A stretch of 64,000 bases of DNA from Azolla caroliniana (taxonomy: Eukaryota; Plantae; Polypodiophyta). The notes beneath the pieces are model-generated. The model was not told where the DNA came from. It saw only the letters and a program-made list of their open reading frames with translations, and did no database searches. The first letter of the stretch is position 1; each line of letters begins with the position of its first letter. The position numbers and the translations under genes were made by a program. The DNA lies in contig JBHGNT010000004.1 in NCBI GenBank assembly GCA_043228905.1, positions 1,426,001 to 1,490,000 on the forward strand, written 5' to 3'. Below, one piece after another: positions 13,701 through 25,712 of the stretch.

Positions 13701-16700
13701 CAATACCCCCATAAGCATAAATGCAATACCCCCATTGCAATATAGCTTGAACAGTTCCCATCTAAACATGACCAAAGTGGGAAAAAATAGAGTGATCCGA
13801 ATTGATATTAGTAACATAGAAAAACAGGATAACACAAATCAGCCCCAAAAGATCACTTAGTACGCAGATGGCCCACATTTAAAACACTTTTTGCATATAT
13901 CAAAGGACAAATTAATTATAAGGCCACCTTATATGGACATACATCTATTCTATGCACTAAGCAAACTGATAGGGCAGCTGTGAACTTCATCAAATCAGTT
14001 AGAGATTGAGGTAGGCAGATATGCACAAATACCTCTAGAAGAAAGAATTTGCCAACTGTGGCATCATAGAGCAGAATCAAAAGAACACTATGTCACTATA
14101 AAATCTTTTATAAAATAATATGGAAATACCATTGCCTTTTTAATGAAGGCTTTGGCCCAATACGGAAGGTAATGGAATGTGAGGACCAACGGTGCCTAGG
14201 ACTTTTCTAGCTAGAGCTAAAGAGACATAGAGAAATTTTGTTTAAGGCCAATAGTACAGCCACACAAGCTCATGCACAAAGTACAATCACAACTTTCTTT
14301 AGCCCCATCACTCCTACTAATGCTTCAAGTCAATCAAGGGCTACACAAATGGGCTCCCGTCCAGGACATGACAAAGGGGTTACAATAGATTGGGCAACAG
14401 CAATTTGTTGTGCACGTATGCCCCAGCCCCATGAACCACGACCTTGCCACCCTTGCCATTTACAAATAAACACTATTATCTCCCACCATTATAGGTGCTT
14501 CCCTTGCTTCGGAATACTCTCCATTTTGGATTCACCTATGCGGAAGATCCTTTGAAGATAAAAGTTATAATATATCTAACTTGAAAATCTTACATGTGCC
14601 GAAAACCAGATTCCTTTGTTTCTTTTTATCTTATTTAAGTTTACATTTACTTAGTAATATTTATGCTATTTTGATTTGTTGTTCTCAAAGACAAGATAAC
14701 ACTTGAGATGTAATCGCTAGTTTGGTCTTATTGGCCATTTTGGCCTCTTAAAAAGAGGTTAATATTTCTTTCTTCCTTTCTTTCTTACACTTGGATGTGG
14801 TGACTATTATTTATATCGACTAACTCTATAGAAGACTTAGTCCAAGTCCCATCTAAGCTCTAAGGTAGCAGGGCATGGGAACACTACCATTCTAGGCTGC
14901 CACTTTAGAGAGCTTGAATTGACACATAAATCTCTTTCAGTATAGCTCTATATGCCTATTTAGTCAATTCTAAATGTTTCCAACATGGTATCAAAGACTT
15001 GTCTAGCAACGCATAGAAAGAGAGAGAAAGAAAGAAAGATATATTGACGCCTTTTAAGATGCCAAAATGGCCTATAAGACCAAACACGAGATTAAATCTG
15101 AAGTGTTGTCTTCTCTATGAGACACTCATTGTTGGTATGCTGAAATGCAACAATGGTTCGAATCACATGGCATGAGTATAAATGCACTACCCCCGTTCCA
15201 ATATAGCTTGGACTGTCCCCATCTCAATATGACCAAAAGTGGAAAACAATAGAGTGATCCGTACTGATATTATTAACTTGGAAAACAAGATAACATGGAT
15301 CAGCCCCAAAATACCACTTGGTACAATGATGGCCCACTATAAGACACACTTCTTACATACATCAGAGAATGGATTTGTCACCAGGCCACCTTATATGGAC
15401 ATACATCTATCTTATGCATTGCGTAGTGTGATAGGGCAGCTGCGAACTTCATCACATCAGCTACAGATTGAGGTAGTCAAATATACACGACTACCTCTAA
15501 ATGAGAGAATTTGCCAATTGTGTCATCAAGGAGTGGAATCTGAAGAACACTATGTTTGTCATTGTAGTGTCTTTTATGAAATCAGAGGGAGATACCATTG
15601 CCTCTTTAAACAAGGCTTTGGCCCACTACACAAGGTAATGGAATATGAGGACCAACGATGCCTAGGACTTTTCTTGCAAGAGCTCAAGAGACATTGGGAA
15701 ATGTTGTTGAAGAATACAACACACAAGTAACTATCGGCAACGGTTCGGTTAGAACCGAACCGAACCACGAAACCGCAGTTTAACGGCTTAACGGTTTCAA
15801 CAATTCGGTTCGGTTCAGTTTCGGTTTGGTTTCAACAGTCAAAAAACCACGGTTTATACAGTTTAACAGTTTTTTATTTTAAATTTTAAAAATTGTTTTT
15901 AAACCATCTTTTCATTTTTACATCTTATTCTCACATTTTAGGAACATCTTAATGAAATATTATAAATTTTAAAAATTAAAAATTTAAAAATTAAAAATTA
16001 GACCTATGTTAAAAACCGAAACCGAACCACAAAACCGCGATTTTTACGATTTAATGGTTTAACAATTTAATGGTTTAATGGTTCAGTTTAATGGTTTAAC
16101 TGAACCGTTGCCGATTGTTACACACAAGCTCATCCACAAAGAACAATCACAACATTCTTTTGCCCATCATTCCCAATCTTAGAAGTCAACCCTAGGATAC
16201 ACAAATGGACTTTAGACCAAGACATAACAAAAGGGTTACAATTGATCAGGCAATGGCAATTTGCCGTGTACGTAGGCCTTGGCCCCATGCAGCACAACCT
16301 CAAAACCCTTGTCATCGACAGATAAAAGCCATTATCTGTCACCACCGTAGGTGCTTCCCTCGCTTCGGAGACGTTTCCATTTTGGATCGACCTATGCTAG
16401 AGATCTTTCGAAGACAAAAGCTACAATATACCTAACTTGAGGATCCCACATGTCCCAAAAACCAGATTCCCTCATTTCTTTTCTTTTCATGTTATTTACT
16501 TTTATATTTACTGTGTAATTTTATTTATTTATTTTTTGTTCTCAAAGACGAGACAACACTTGAGATGTAATCTCTTATTTGGTCTTATAGGCCATTTTGG
16601 CCTCTTAAAAGACGTTAATATTTCTTTCTTTCTTTGAGAATTACAAATCAAAATAAAAGAGAGCATCAATGACCTTGTCCATGAAAATGTTGCAGTTGCA

Positions 16701-19700
16701 CATTGACCTGCTTCCATTGTTTTAGGGAAAGCTGGATGGCAATAACTACACTATGGAAGTTCAAAACATCCAAGGGGTTGTTAGAAACAACCACTATGGA
16801 ACCGAAATAAAGGAGGACGTGACACCATGAGAGAAGAGTTAGAAACCCTTTGTGGGTAGCCTTCAGGTAAACCCCTTTTCTTCTAAGGATTATCTCCTTC
16901 GAGGAATCATGGTTCGAGGAAAGCTCAAGATCAAGGAATCACCTCACTCAAGGAAACTTGGTCGAGTAATTCCTGGTTCAAAAAAATCTTGGTTCAAGGG
17001 AATTCTAGGCTCGAGGAAGTCCTTCCCCGTTCCGCCAATGCCACGATTTGCCCTCACTCTCTCACCAAAACAGCTCAGGTGATTAACACAAGGACTAGGT
17101 ATATTTATACTCATTCAATACAACTCATACATTAAGACAACTCCCACTTATTCGTCCAAGGCATATGATGAGAGGTTACAAATGGGAAATATAAAGAGAT
17201 GTTTGCAAGGAAAATAGTTGCAAAGAAAAGGGTGTAAACAAGGGGACTTGGAGTCTCAATCGCCCAACCTCACAAGCAACGGTCTTCATGCCTTTTTTTT
17301 AGCTCTCCATGCCTTCTTTCTCATCGTACTTCTAAAGATCCTCCTTTCTTCATCTCAACAAGGGGACTCGGGGTCTTGATCGCCCAAGCCCACAAGCAAT
17401 GGTCTTCATGCCTTTTGTTTTAGTTCTCCACACCCTCTTTCTCATCGTACTTCTAAAGATCCTCCTTTCTTCGTCGCTTCCCCCGAGCAAGAAAACCTTA
17501 ATGAAATATCCCAAAGAAAACGAGTGCACTCACCAACCCTAAAACAATCCAAGTAAGAAGGACGAGAATTGACCTAATATCCACTCTCACACCACACAAG
17601 AAAACCCTAAAACCCAAGACAACCTCTTTGGAAACACAAATCCCAAGTAAAAATCCTGACCACACTCAAATGAGCTCCCAACTCCCTTTTCATAGTGAGA
17701 GAAAAGGCTTACTTAATGCATTTAATGCATACCTCCCCTTTTTATCAAAATGCTAAATAAGAGTTAGCGCCTACCACAAACACGTGCCAATATTCAAACC
17801 CTTTTCCCACACCATCAATAGCCTTGACCACTAGACTATCGACTTTCTATTATTATACATTTTTCAGATTGTATTTACATATTCCTATTGTTTTCTGCAC
17901 TGCCTACTTTTTCCCCTCTTCACATTTTTTGCTTTTTGCACCCGCCAAATCATGACATGTCCCTCAAGGAACGACCCAGCAAGACAAATCATCTCTCAAA
18001 TGTTGTACATGCCAGGTTTCCTACTTAGATGCTTCCAGCAGTTATCCACCCGGATCTGAACAAGAATTTACTGTCAATTTTCGCACTGGCCGAAAGGGGT
18101 CTTAAACTTCAATTCAAGAAGTCCGGTGCAAAAATAATGGATTCTGCTGGCAAAGGTCATAGAACAGATGTTAGGCACAACAATATCTATGAGTTCAACA
18201 TGCTTACAATCTCTCCCAACCAGCATACCAACATGAAGCAGTAGCATGAGAGGTTTGGGTATCTCAATGTTGATTTGAAGAAAGAAAGAAAGATATATTA
18301 ACATCTTTTAAGAGGATAGTTGGGTTGCCAACCCTACACTTGGGTAACCATCAGAGATCAGCCATTCCAAAAGAGTCCAAATCGGACAGACTCCTCTAGA
18401 GCTGGTACATGTCGAGCTCTCCGGAAAACTAACAACTTCTACAATGCGTGGATGTCTCTACTATATGCTGGTAGTCGATAACTTAGCTAGATAGATGTGG
18501 GTTTACTTCCTTCAGAAGAAGGTTGACACTTTTAGCAACTTCAAAAGATGGTCCAAGCATGTTGAGCAGGAGTCCAGAAATTTGGAGAGGAGTTACACTC
18601 TGATCAAGGCATTGTTGTAGAATACTTAGCATACATTAGGTGTAGAATACTCATGCAAAGTATTCTACAAGTATTCTAACTTTTTTTTAAATACTTAGAA
18701 TACATATTTTACAAATAAAATACATTAAACACTTAGAATATGTGTACAATACTTGTAAAATACGTTAAATACTTCTTAAAATTTATTGTTTAAAAAAAAA
18801 AAATTTAACTTCTTTGAAATGATAAATCTCTGTTAAATATATAGAATACATCAAATTTTTAGAATAAGTGGAATACATGAAAAATTGAAAATTGGCAGTT
18901 CTAAAACATAGAATACGTGTAGAATACTTCAAAGTGTTCTAAAATGTATTCTAAACATAGAATGAGCATTTTTTAACAACTAAGGACAGAGGTGGAGAAT
19001 TCTTATCGATTGAATTCTGTGAGTACTACCGTCTACACACTACCATCTACATACCACAAACAGAAGGGTGTTGTCAAAAATTGGAACCGGACTCTCATCA
19101 AGACAGCTTGGTAAATATTGAAGGCACACTAGTATTGATAGGCCAATCAGCAAAATTGGCTATTTACATATCCAATCAGAGCTACATGGGGGCACTCAAG
19201 GGAAGACATCACAAGACGCAAGAAACCTTCATTGTAGCACTCCATGACCTTCAGGAGTACGTGCTACACACATGTTGCAATCACCAATAGGAAAACGTAA
19301 GATGCTAAAAATGCACAGTAATGAATAAGAAATGTACAAGCTACCACCAAGGTTTGAGACGTGGAATCCAAAAAACCAAGTCTACGAGGGAAAACACCCG
19401 AAGAAGGGTATTTGGGCAAGGAACCTTCAGCGCTGCACTTCAGGACCTTCGGATGTGCGTGCTACAATAGGATGAAGTTAGATGTGAAGTGTACGTGCTA
19501 CCACCAAAGTTTGGGATGCGAAATCCAAAAAACATCTACAAGCTGAAGAGAGCCTTGTATAGGGATAAATAGTTTTTTACAATGTGCTTCTGATGCAAGT
19601 ATGCATGCCAAAACAAATGGGGGAAGTGAGTTGTCATCATCATACATGTGGATGATCTAGTACTTACAAGTGATCATTATGATTGCATTGGCCAAACACG

Positions 19701-22700
19701 AGTGTTTGAAAACTAAGTTCAAATTGACAAATTAGAGGATCTTACACTACTTAGGATCGAGGTTTGGCATCTTTGCAAGGAGCTTGGGGGAGAAGAGTTA
19801 TACCGACACATTCGATAACTAGAAGTTTGCCTAATTCCAACTCAACTCAATGGAGTTTACCATTGAGAGGAGGTGTTACAGGCCAATGATCACGCCCACA
19901 TTGTCAACTTATCCCTACATGTATTCTTAAGAGTGCACATTTTGTGATATCGCCCCAAATGAGGAGCAGCTATTGCGCAACCCTACCATATGGATCGATG
20001 AGGTGTTAGTGTGGGAAACCGTAGATTAGTTGGACTGAATGCATTTTAGGAAAGAAGGAAGTAGAGTAATGGGATGCATTAGTCAGGTCAACTAGAAGAA
20101 TATTCTCTATTCGCAAGTTAAGATATAATTACTCTTGAAGTATGTGCCATTAACTTTAAGATAAGTACATCTAGCATTAGCATGTATCTAAGGGCTTAGC
20201 TAATGTTAAAAGACAAGTCAGTTGACAAAAAAGGAATATCCCCACTACTATCAACATCATTTAACGTGACAATAAGACCAAACATAGACTAAAAATATTC
20301 ACCCTCTTTCTCTTATACTTGGTTGTTATGATCCCATCTGTGTCAACTACCTTTGTAGTCCTATCCCATCTTAGCTCTAAGGTGTGAGCACATGGGAGGA
20401 CTACCATTGTAACCTATTTTCATATACAGTAGAAAGTTTGAATTCACACACATAGACTCTATGAGTGTAACTCTATATGCATATCTAGTCTACTCTGAAT
20501 ATTCCAAGTATTCTGAATATTCTAGTCGTGTTAAATACTTCCGCCGTGTATTTTGAAACATATTCTAAACATAAATTACAGGTTTTTTAACTATGCTTGA
20601 CACGCGTATTTTTAACTATGTTTACATACCTGTTTATGCGCAACTCATCTACATACAAATTTATGCACATAGATATTGATTTGTGTTAAAGCATTTTACC
20701 TACTGATACAAAGTCATCCTTGCTAGCTTGTTCACATTCCACCTACGCATCAAGTAAAAGGTATAATTCCAGTGTAAATAACTTCATTTAAGCCCGTGAT
20801 AACAAGGGTGAAAAAAATGGCCTTACCTTAAATCCTTCCTTTTTCCACCATTGAAACACACTCAAAGCCTTCTCACAATCTCCCTTCCTCAAGCAAGCTT
20901 CAAGTTCAAAATGATTTGAAGTTGTGGTGACTCCATCAGGTTTATTAGAAGAACGCTTACTTTCCTCACTGCTTGTCACTGAGCCCCGTAACTCCAAAGA
21001 CTCCTCACATGTATCTAAGGGATGCTTATCTTGATTAACATGTGAACGGCTGTCATGTTCCATCCCTTCAGCTTTAGGATTTGATTGGCATGCCCCTTCC
21101 TTGTGAGGCGAACATACAAGGCCCTTGTTATGAAGCTTCCATTTCTCAATAGCTCCTTCAATTTGTAATGGTGGTAAAAGAGAATTCACAGTATCTTTGC
21201 CGCTAAGACCTTGCATTGTTGAGGAAGGTAACATAGAATTCCTCATCTTTGAGTGATTAATCAATGCCAAACTTGAACTTTCTCCTTCAACGTTGGCATT
21301 CAACACACTTTTATCAGGTTGATTTTTCAATCTATCTATCGTACTTTGAGGTTCAACTTTGGCACTCAACACACCTTTGTGATTTTTCAATCCATCTATC
21401 ATACTTTGAGGCTTATCAGCAGAAATCTTGGGCACTATTTTTTGTCTATAATGTGAATGCATTGCACTTCTATCCAATCTGCCAATGTTTCTAGGAATTT
21501 CATCAACAACCCCCACTTTCTGCTTAATAGCACTGCTAGCTAATGTATCATAAGAAGAGCCTACATTTGTATCACAATATCTATGTAACCTGTCCATCAT
21601 TCTAGCTCTATCTTCAGAACCCTCATCTCTGTTGTGGTTAGTTTTAAAGCCATTCAAAGGACAAGGTGCTTTGTTGTCTAACCGAAGCATTTTACAGCCA
21701 GATGATTCCACATTCTTCCTAAAACCATCATCAACAACATCTAAACTTTGATTCAATTTCCTAATCTTTGCATTCAACATGCCATCTGGATTCTTTTTGT
21801 TCATGTGCATTATTGGGAGACCTCTTTTACTTCTTAGTTTCAATTGGTTGTCACTATCTCCAACTGAAAAATGAGTAAATCCAACTTCTCCATCTGTCTT
21901 GGAGTCAACTGTAAGTGTACATTGTTCTTCCTATCAAATAAAAATTACAAACTATTCTAAATGCACAGGAATAAGAGACGGTAAAAATATAAATTTGAAT
22001 TATCTCACTAAAGCAAGATCTGAAGAACTGACTGAGCTTTGATTCTCAAGAATATAATCCACGATGATGCTAAAATTCTCACGGGGGATCCATGCACAGG
22101 CTTCCTCAACAGTTTCAAAAACCTGCAAGCAGAAAACACTCATGATGAGCACATGCAGAAATGCCATTTCCTTGCTTCCTATCCTAGAAGCTCCTGGACT
22201 AAAGTACAGAATGACAACAAAAAACCTCACAACAGCCACAAAGACATATTTGAATGACCTTCAATTATTAGCAAACAGAATACTTTTGTGGAGAGGAAAA
22301 GGTCGCGCACACACTCCTACACATACCTAAGAGTAACATTTACATGGCCTAGGTTCATCTTAGGCAAGCGCTTTATCATGGATATGCAGCCTTGGTGGAA
22401 AACAGTAGAGTGATCAGAACTGATATTATTAACTTGGAAAACAAGATAACATGGAGTAGCCCAAAATATCACTTGGTACAAAAATGGCCTAGTATAAGAC
22501 TCACTTTTTACACACATCGGAGGATGGATTCATCACTAGATTCCACTCGATGACACAATTGACAAGTTCTTTCTTCTAGAGGCTTTTGTGCATATCTGCT
22601 CTCGATCTCTAACTGATGTGATGAAGTTGTAGCTGTTATCGCATTGCGCTGCACATGGGATAGATGTATGTCCATTCAATGTATAGTGTTTTATGAAATT

Positions 22701-25700
22701 AGAGGGAGATACTATTGCCTCTTTAAACAAGGCTTTGGTCCACTACACAAGGTAATGGAATATGAGGACCAATGGTGCTTGGGTCTTTTCCTACTAGAAC
22801 TCAAGAGACATGGGAAAAGTTGTTAAAGGACAACAGCTCAGCCACACAAGCTCATCACAAAGAACAATCCAACTTTCTTTAACCCCATCACTCCTACTCA
22901 TGGTACAAGACAATCAAGAGCGACATAAATGGGCTCCAAATTAGGACATAACAAAGAGGTTACAATAGATCAAGCAATAGCAATGCCATGCACGTAGGCC
23001 CAATCCCATGGACCATTATCATCAACAAATAACAGCCATTATCTCCAGACATTGCTAGTGTCCCCTTACTTCAAAGACCTCTCATTTTGGATAGGCTAGA
23101 GATCTTTCAAAGACAAAAGTTACAATATATCTAACTTGAGAATCTTACATATACCATTAACAAGGTTTTAGTCTCCTATTATCTTATTTACTTTTTTTTA
23201 ATTAGTAACATTTATTTATTTTGATTTCTTGTTCTCAAAGACAAGACAACATTTGAGATGTAATCTCTAGTTTGGTCTTGGAAGCCATTTTGGCCTCTTA
23301 AAAGACATTAATATACCTTTCTTTCTTTAAAAACATGGCACTAGGTTGTATATATAGATGACAATGTCATTATTGCAAAGAAGAGAACCGCATGATTATA
23401 TGGCCTACAAGACCTTACGCAAGATTATATGGAATTGCAACAGCTCTCTACAAACAGATGTTTGGTATTTTTAAGATACCTTCAAAATTACAGATATTGC
23501 TATGTGTGTAGAGGATATTTATCCCACCAATGCATGGCTAGTAAACTCACAGATGTACACGAATATAAATGGGAATCAATATGCCAATACTAAGATGATT
23601 TCATCTCTTTTTATCTTACTTACGTTTATTTTGATTTGTTGTTCTCAAAGACAAGGCAACACTTAAGATGTAATCTCTTGTTTTGTCTTGTAGGCCATTT
23701 TGGCCTCTTAAAATATGATTTGTTGTTCTCAAAGACAAGACAACACTTGAGATGTAATCTCTTGTTTTGTCTTGTAGGCCATTTTGGCCTCTTAAAATAT
23801 GTTAATATATCTTTCTTCCTTTCTTTCCTTCTTTCTTTCAATCACGAAAAGTAAGGTTGGACGATGAGTGACATTGTTTACCTATGATGTCAAATTTCCA
23901 TTATAACATGCTATAAAAACCCGGTCATGCTATCAATTCTCATGTGTATGGGAAGATTTTACATATCAAGCCTCAAATCAAGTAATATATTAAGCAAGAA
24001 TATAGAGAACCAACTGAAGCAGGATTCTCGATTCTATATGGGATAGAGAAAAGGGTTAATACCTAGAGGCATATATATAGAATCTAAAAAATTGTCAACA
24101 GTTTTAACACATAAGACAAACTAAAGAGAAGCAACTCTGCAAATAAAAGCCCACTATTTAAAAAAATGTACGAGGTAAGGAGTGCAAACACATATATTTA
24201 TTATTCAATATACATAGAGTATGCTCTTCGAAGAAGAGCTTTAAATGCTACCAAGGCAACAAAGTCATGACCACATAAATACCCATTTGATCATGGTGCA
24301 AATCTTGTACAAGTATTCCGTTCAGAATGTAGTGAGGTTCCAAAAACAGATTGTACTATAACGAAAATCAAAAATGTTTAAGTTATATAAGAAATGTTTT
24401 CTTAGTTTAATGGAAGCAACATAAAAACCTTTCATCCCAACACTTCATCATAAGGTGAAAGGTGGAAATGAAAGAAAAAGAAAGAAACAATTGGCTACTC
24501 AAAAGGAAATTGAGTTCAATGCGAGAAGAAAATATTAGTGGTGGAATACACTTAAATCTATATAGGGGAATAGATTTTATAATTGTCTTCAGTGTACAAA
24601 TATGACCTATGAGAACAAAAATATGACATTTTTCACTTAATGAATGTGTAAGTGAGTAGTGACTCTCAATTTTTCAAGAATTATAATAATGAATGTCACA
24701 GCTGAAATTGCACAATGTGACTATAATAGAATCTTGTGCAATGATTGGGTTTGGTTGAAGATGTACACAAAGCATTATCATGTCTGATCAAAGGAAGAAC
24801 ATTGTATCAAAGTGTAATACTCAAACTCTCGAACTTACTTGGGGCAAAGTATACACCATCAACTATTCTTTATCACTCACATGGTAGTGAGTATACACTA
24901 ACTTGTTTAGAAACAATGGTTCAAATGGTAAACAATAAACAAAATCTAAAATGTGCTTATGGTTTGATCATGTGTGATCAAAGGAAGAACATTGTATCAA
25001 AGTGTGATACTCAGACTCTTGAACTTGTTTGGGGCAAAGTATACACCATCAATTATTCTTTATCACTTATGCCCTAGCACCTCACCTCACATGGTAGTGA
25101 GTATACACTAATTCGTTTAGAAACAACGGTTCAAATGGTAAACAATAAACAAATCTAAAATGTGCTTATGGTTTGATTTCCATATTCTTCAAATAATATG
25201 GGTTTGTAGTTAGGTGCACTATATGTAATATCATGTTGGACGAGAGAATACAAAGCCAGAGATTAGTTTTGGTATTGTCTTCCTCCAACATTACTTCTAT
25301 GCATCTAGATTATATTATCATCCTGATTCCTCACTAAAGGCAACTATGTGCCAAGGACATAGGACATGACACTAGTTAGATTATCAATATCTTCATACAT
25401 TCTTAATATCTTCTCAAATTAATGAGTACCCTAGGACATGCATCTCAATTTACAGAATCATATTCTCCGAATCCATTTGTAGATACCCTCGTTAGATAAC
25501 CTGACTTTACTCTTGAGTTATAGAAATACATAAACCTCCCAAGAATAATCTTATATTTATCTCTCTATTACCTGAAAATAATGTTTGATTGCAGAAGAGA
25601 GCTGCGAGTGAGAGAAACCAAGATCCATAGCTATGGCTTTCTTCAAGAGCTCTGATTGAGCATCAGAACGAGAAACTGGGAAACCATCTTCAGTTGGATT

Positions 25701-25712
25701 TCCTGCCCCCAT
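4738..25712 (-). CDS. SUVR4: SUVR1/2/4-type histone-lysine N-methyltransferase (WIYLD + pre-SET + SET + post-SET), 17 exons, about 808 aa
   Basis: GT-AG exons with consistent phases: 25712-25572, 22122-22009, 21930-20827, 20742-20700, 11922-11844, 11738-11647, 11560-11491, 7568-7472, 7398-7370, 7295-7284, 6426-6336, 6235-6146, 6033-5887, 5718-5675, 5530-5464, 5267-5218, 4894-4738 (total 2427 nt). Motifs: WIYLD-like AMDLGFS..WIPRENFSIIVDYI; pre-SET DISRGLEKLPISCVN, CSCSGDCL, ECCNKCCCTLNCGNRVVQRG; SET KGWGVRALEKI..FEYVGE, GNVSRFVNHRCYDPNL, HYYHAAFFAVRDIEEMEELTWDYG; post-SET CHCKSQFCR. The symbol is a family-level call. Confidence 0.9.
6644..6800. repeat. About 77-bp tandem duplication in an intron
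   Basis: aaatgaacygttttaygttagagattttyacaaaatcttaatgcctttccctctcttgaatattt occurs twice in tandem. Confidence 0.85.
8520..8800 (+). mobile_element. Degraded 3' fragment of the RTE/RTEX-like LINE family
   Basis: ttctatgaaataagtgggagacatcattgc...gaatatgaggatcaacaatgc matches the LINE copy at 15570-15670 (FYEIRGRYHC...EYEDQRC). Confidence 0.75.
9241..10273. mobile_element. Probable solo LTR
   Basis: Termini tgttggga...tcctaca are TG..CA and imperfectly inverted, with LTR-like composition. No clean TSD was found. Confidence 0.4.
10300..11370 (+). mobile_element. Highly degraded LINE remnant (same family at the 3' end)
   Basis: 11250-11370 gataaaggccattatctcccgcc...ttccctcgcttcagagacctctccatt matches LINE 3' sequence at 16320-16440. 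The 5' boundary is uncertain. Confidence 0.5.
12490..14782 (+). mobile_element. 5'-truncated RTE/RTEX-like LINE, ORF2 pseudogenised, (TTTC)n tail
   Basis: RT motifs AQAGFRKGFTT, VKQGCPLLPTLFGLYIDD and LLYVDD..EGLQRHLNAL..NMDKTKVMVF, with C-terminal ERICQL; the copy ends in ttcttt repeats. Confidence 0.88.
15017..16635 (+). mobile_element. Second LINE copy (3' half of ORF2) with an inverted copy of the 3' tail at its 5' end
   Basis: ORF 15239-15730 contains ERICQLCHQGVESEEHYVCHC (CCHC-type knuckle). The 3' tail is at 16540-16635 and 15017-15120 is the reverse complement of that tail. Confidence 0.88.
15728..16120. mobile_element. hAT-type MITE inserted in a LINE
   Basis: TIRs taactatcggcaacggttc / gaaccgttgccgattgtta, 8-bp TSD cacacaag (15720-15727, 16121-16128), and subterminal aaccg repeats. 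Confidence 0.92.
16820..17957 (-). mobile_element. Probable Gypsy-type solo LTR with an internal tandem duplication of about 120 bp (17240-17475)
   Basis: Ends cccgccaaatcatgaca; aaggggact...ctaaagatcctcctttcttc occurs twice. The left boundary and TSD are uncertain. Confidence 0.5.
18610..18982. mobile_element. AT-rich non-autonomous DNA element ('agaatac' family); related pieces at about 12000-12130, 20500-20620 and 28050-28952 (inverted)
   Basis: Repeated agaatac/gtattct motifs; ttgttgtagaatactta (18612) is reverse-complemented at about 28934-28950. It interrupts Copia integrase sequence. Confidence 0.65.
22290..23330 (+). mobile_element. Rearranged LINE fragments with 3' tail (same family)
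   Basis: FYEIRGRYYCLFKQGFGPLHKVMEYEDQ (22690-22790) and tail ggccattttggcctcttaaaag...ctttctttc. Confidence 0.82.
23600..23840 (+). mobile_element. LINE 3'-terminal fragment with a tandem duplication of about 87 bp
   Basis: gatttgttgttctcaaagacaag...ggccattttggcctcttaaaatatg occurs twice, followed by (tttc)n. Confidence 0.85.
24777..25178. repeat. About 190-200-bp tandem duplication in SUVR intron 1
   Basis: atcatgt.tgatcaaaggaagaacattgtatcaaagtgt...aaaatgtgcttatggtttgat occurs twice. Confidence 0.88.

Larger units (their letters stand above)
12220..20508 (+). mobile_element. Old, fragmented Ty1/Copia LTR retrotransposon in SUVR intron 4, carrying several nested insertions
   Basis: LTR-like pair 12220-14985 (split by a LINE) and 19874 to about 20508, sharing gccaatgatcac.ccca..ttgtcaacttatccctacatgta and cccatct.agctctaaggt. 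PBS tggtatcaaag at 14986 and PPT ttgagaggagg before 19874. Pol relics KNLLSIFALAERG (18060), GKTPEE..HFRTFGCACY (19390) and gtggatgatcta (19648). Confidence 0.7.
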
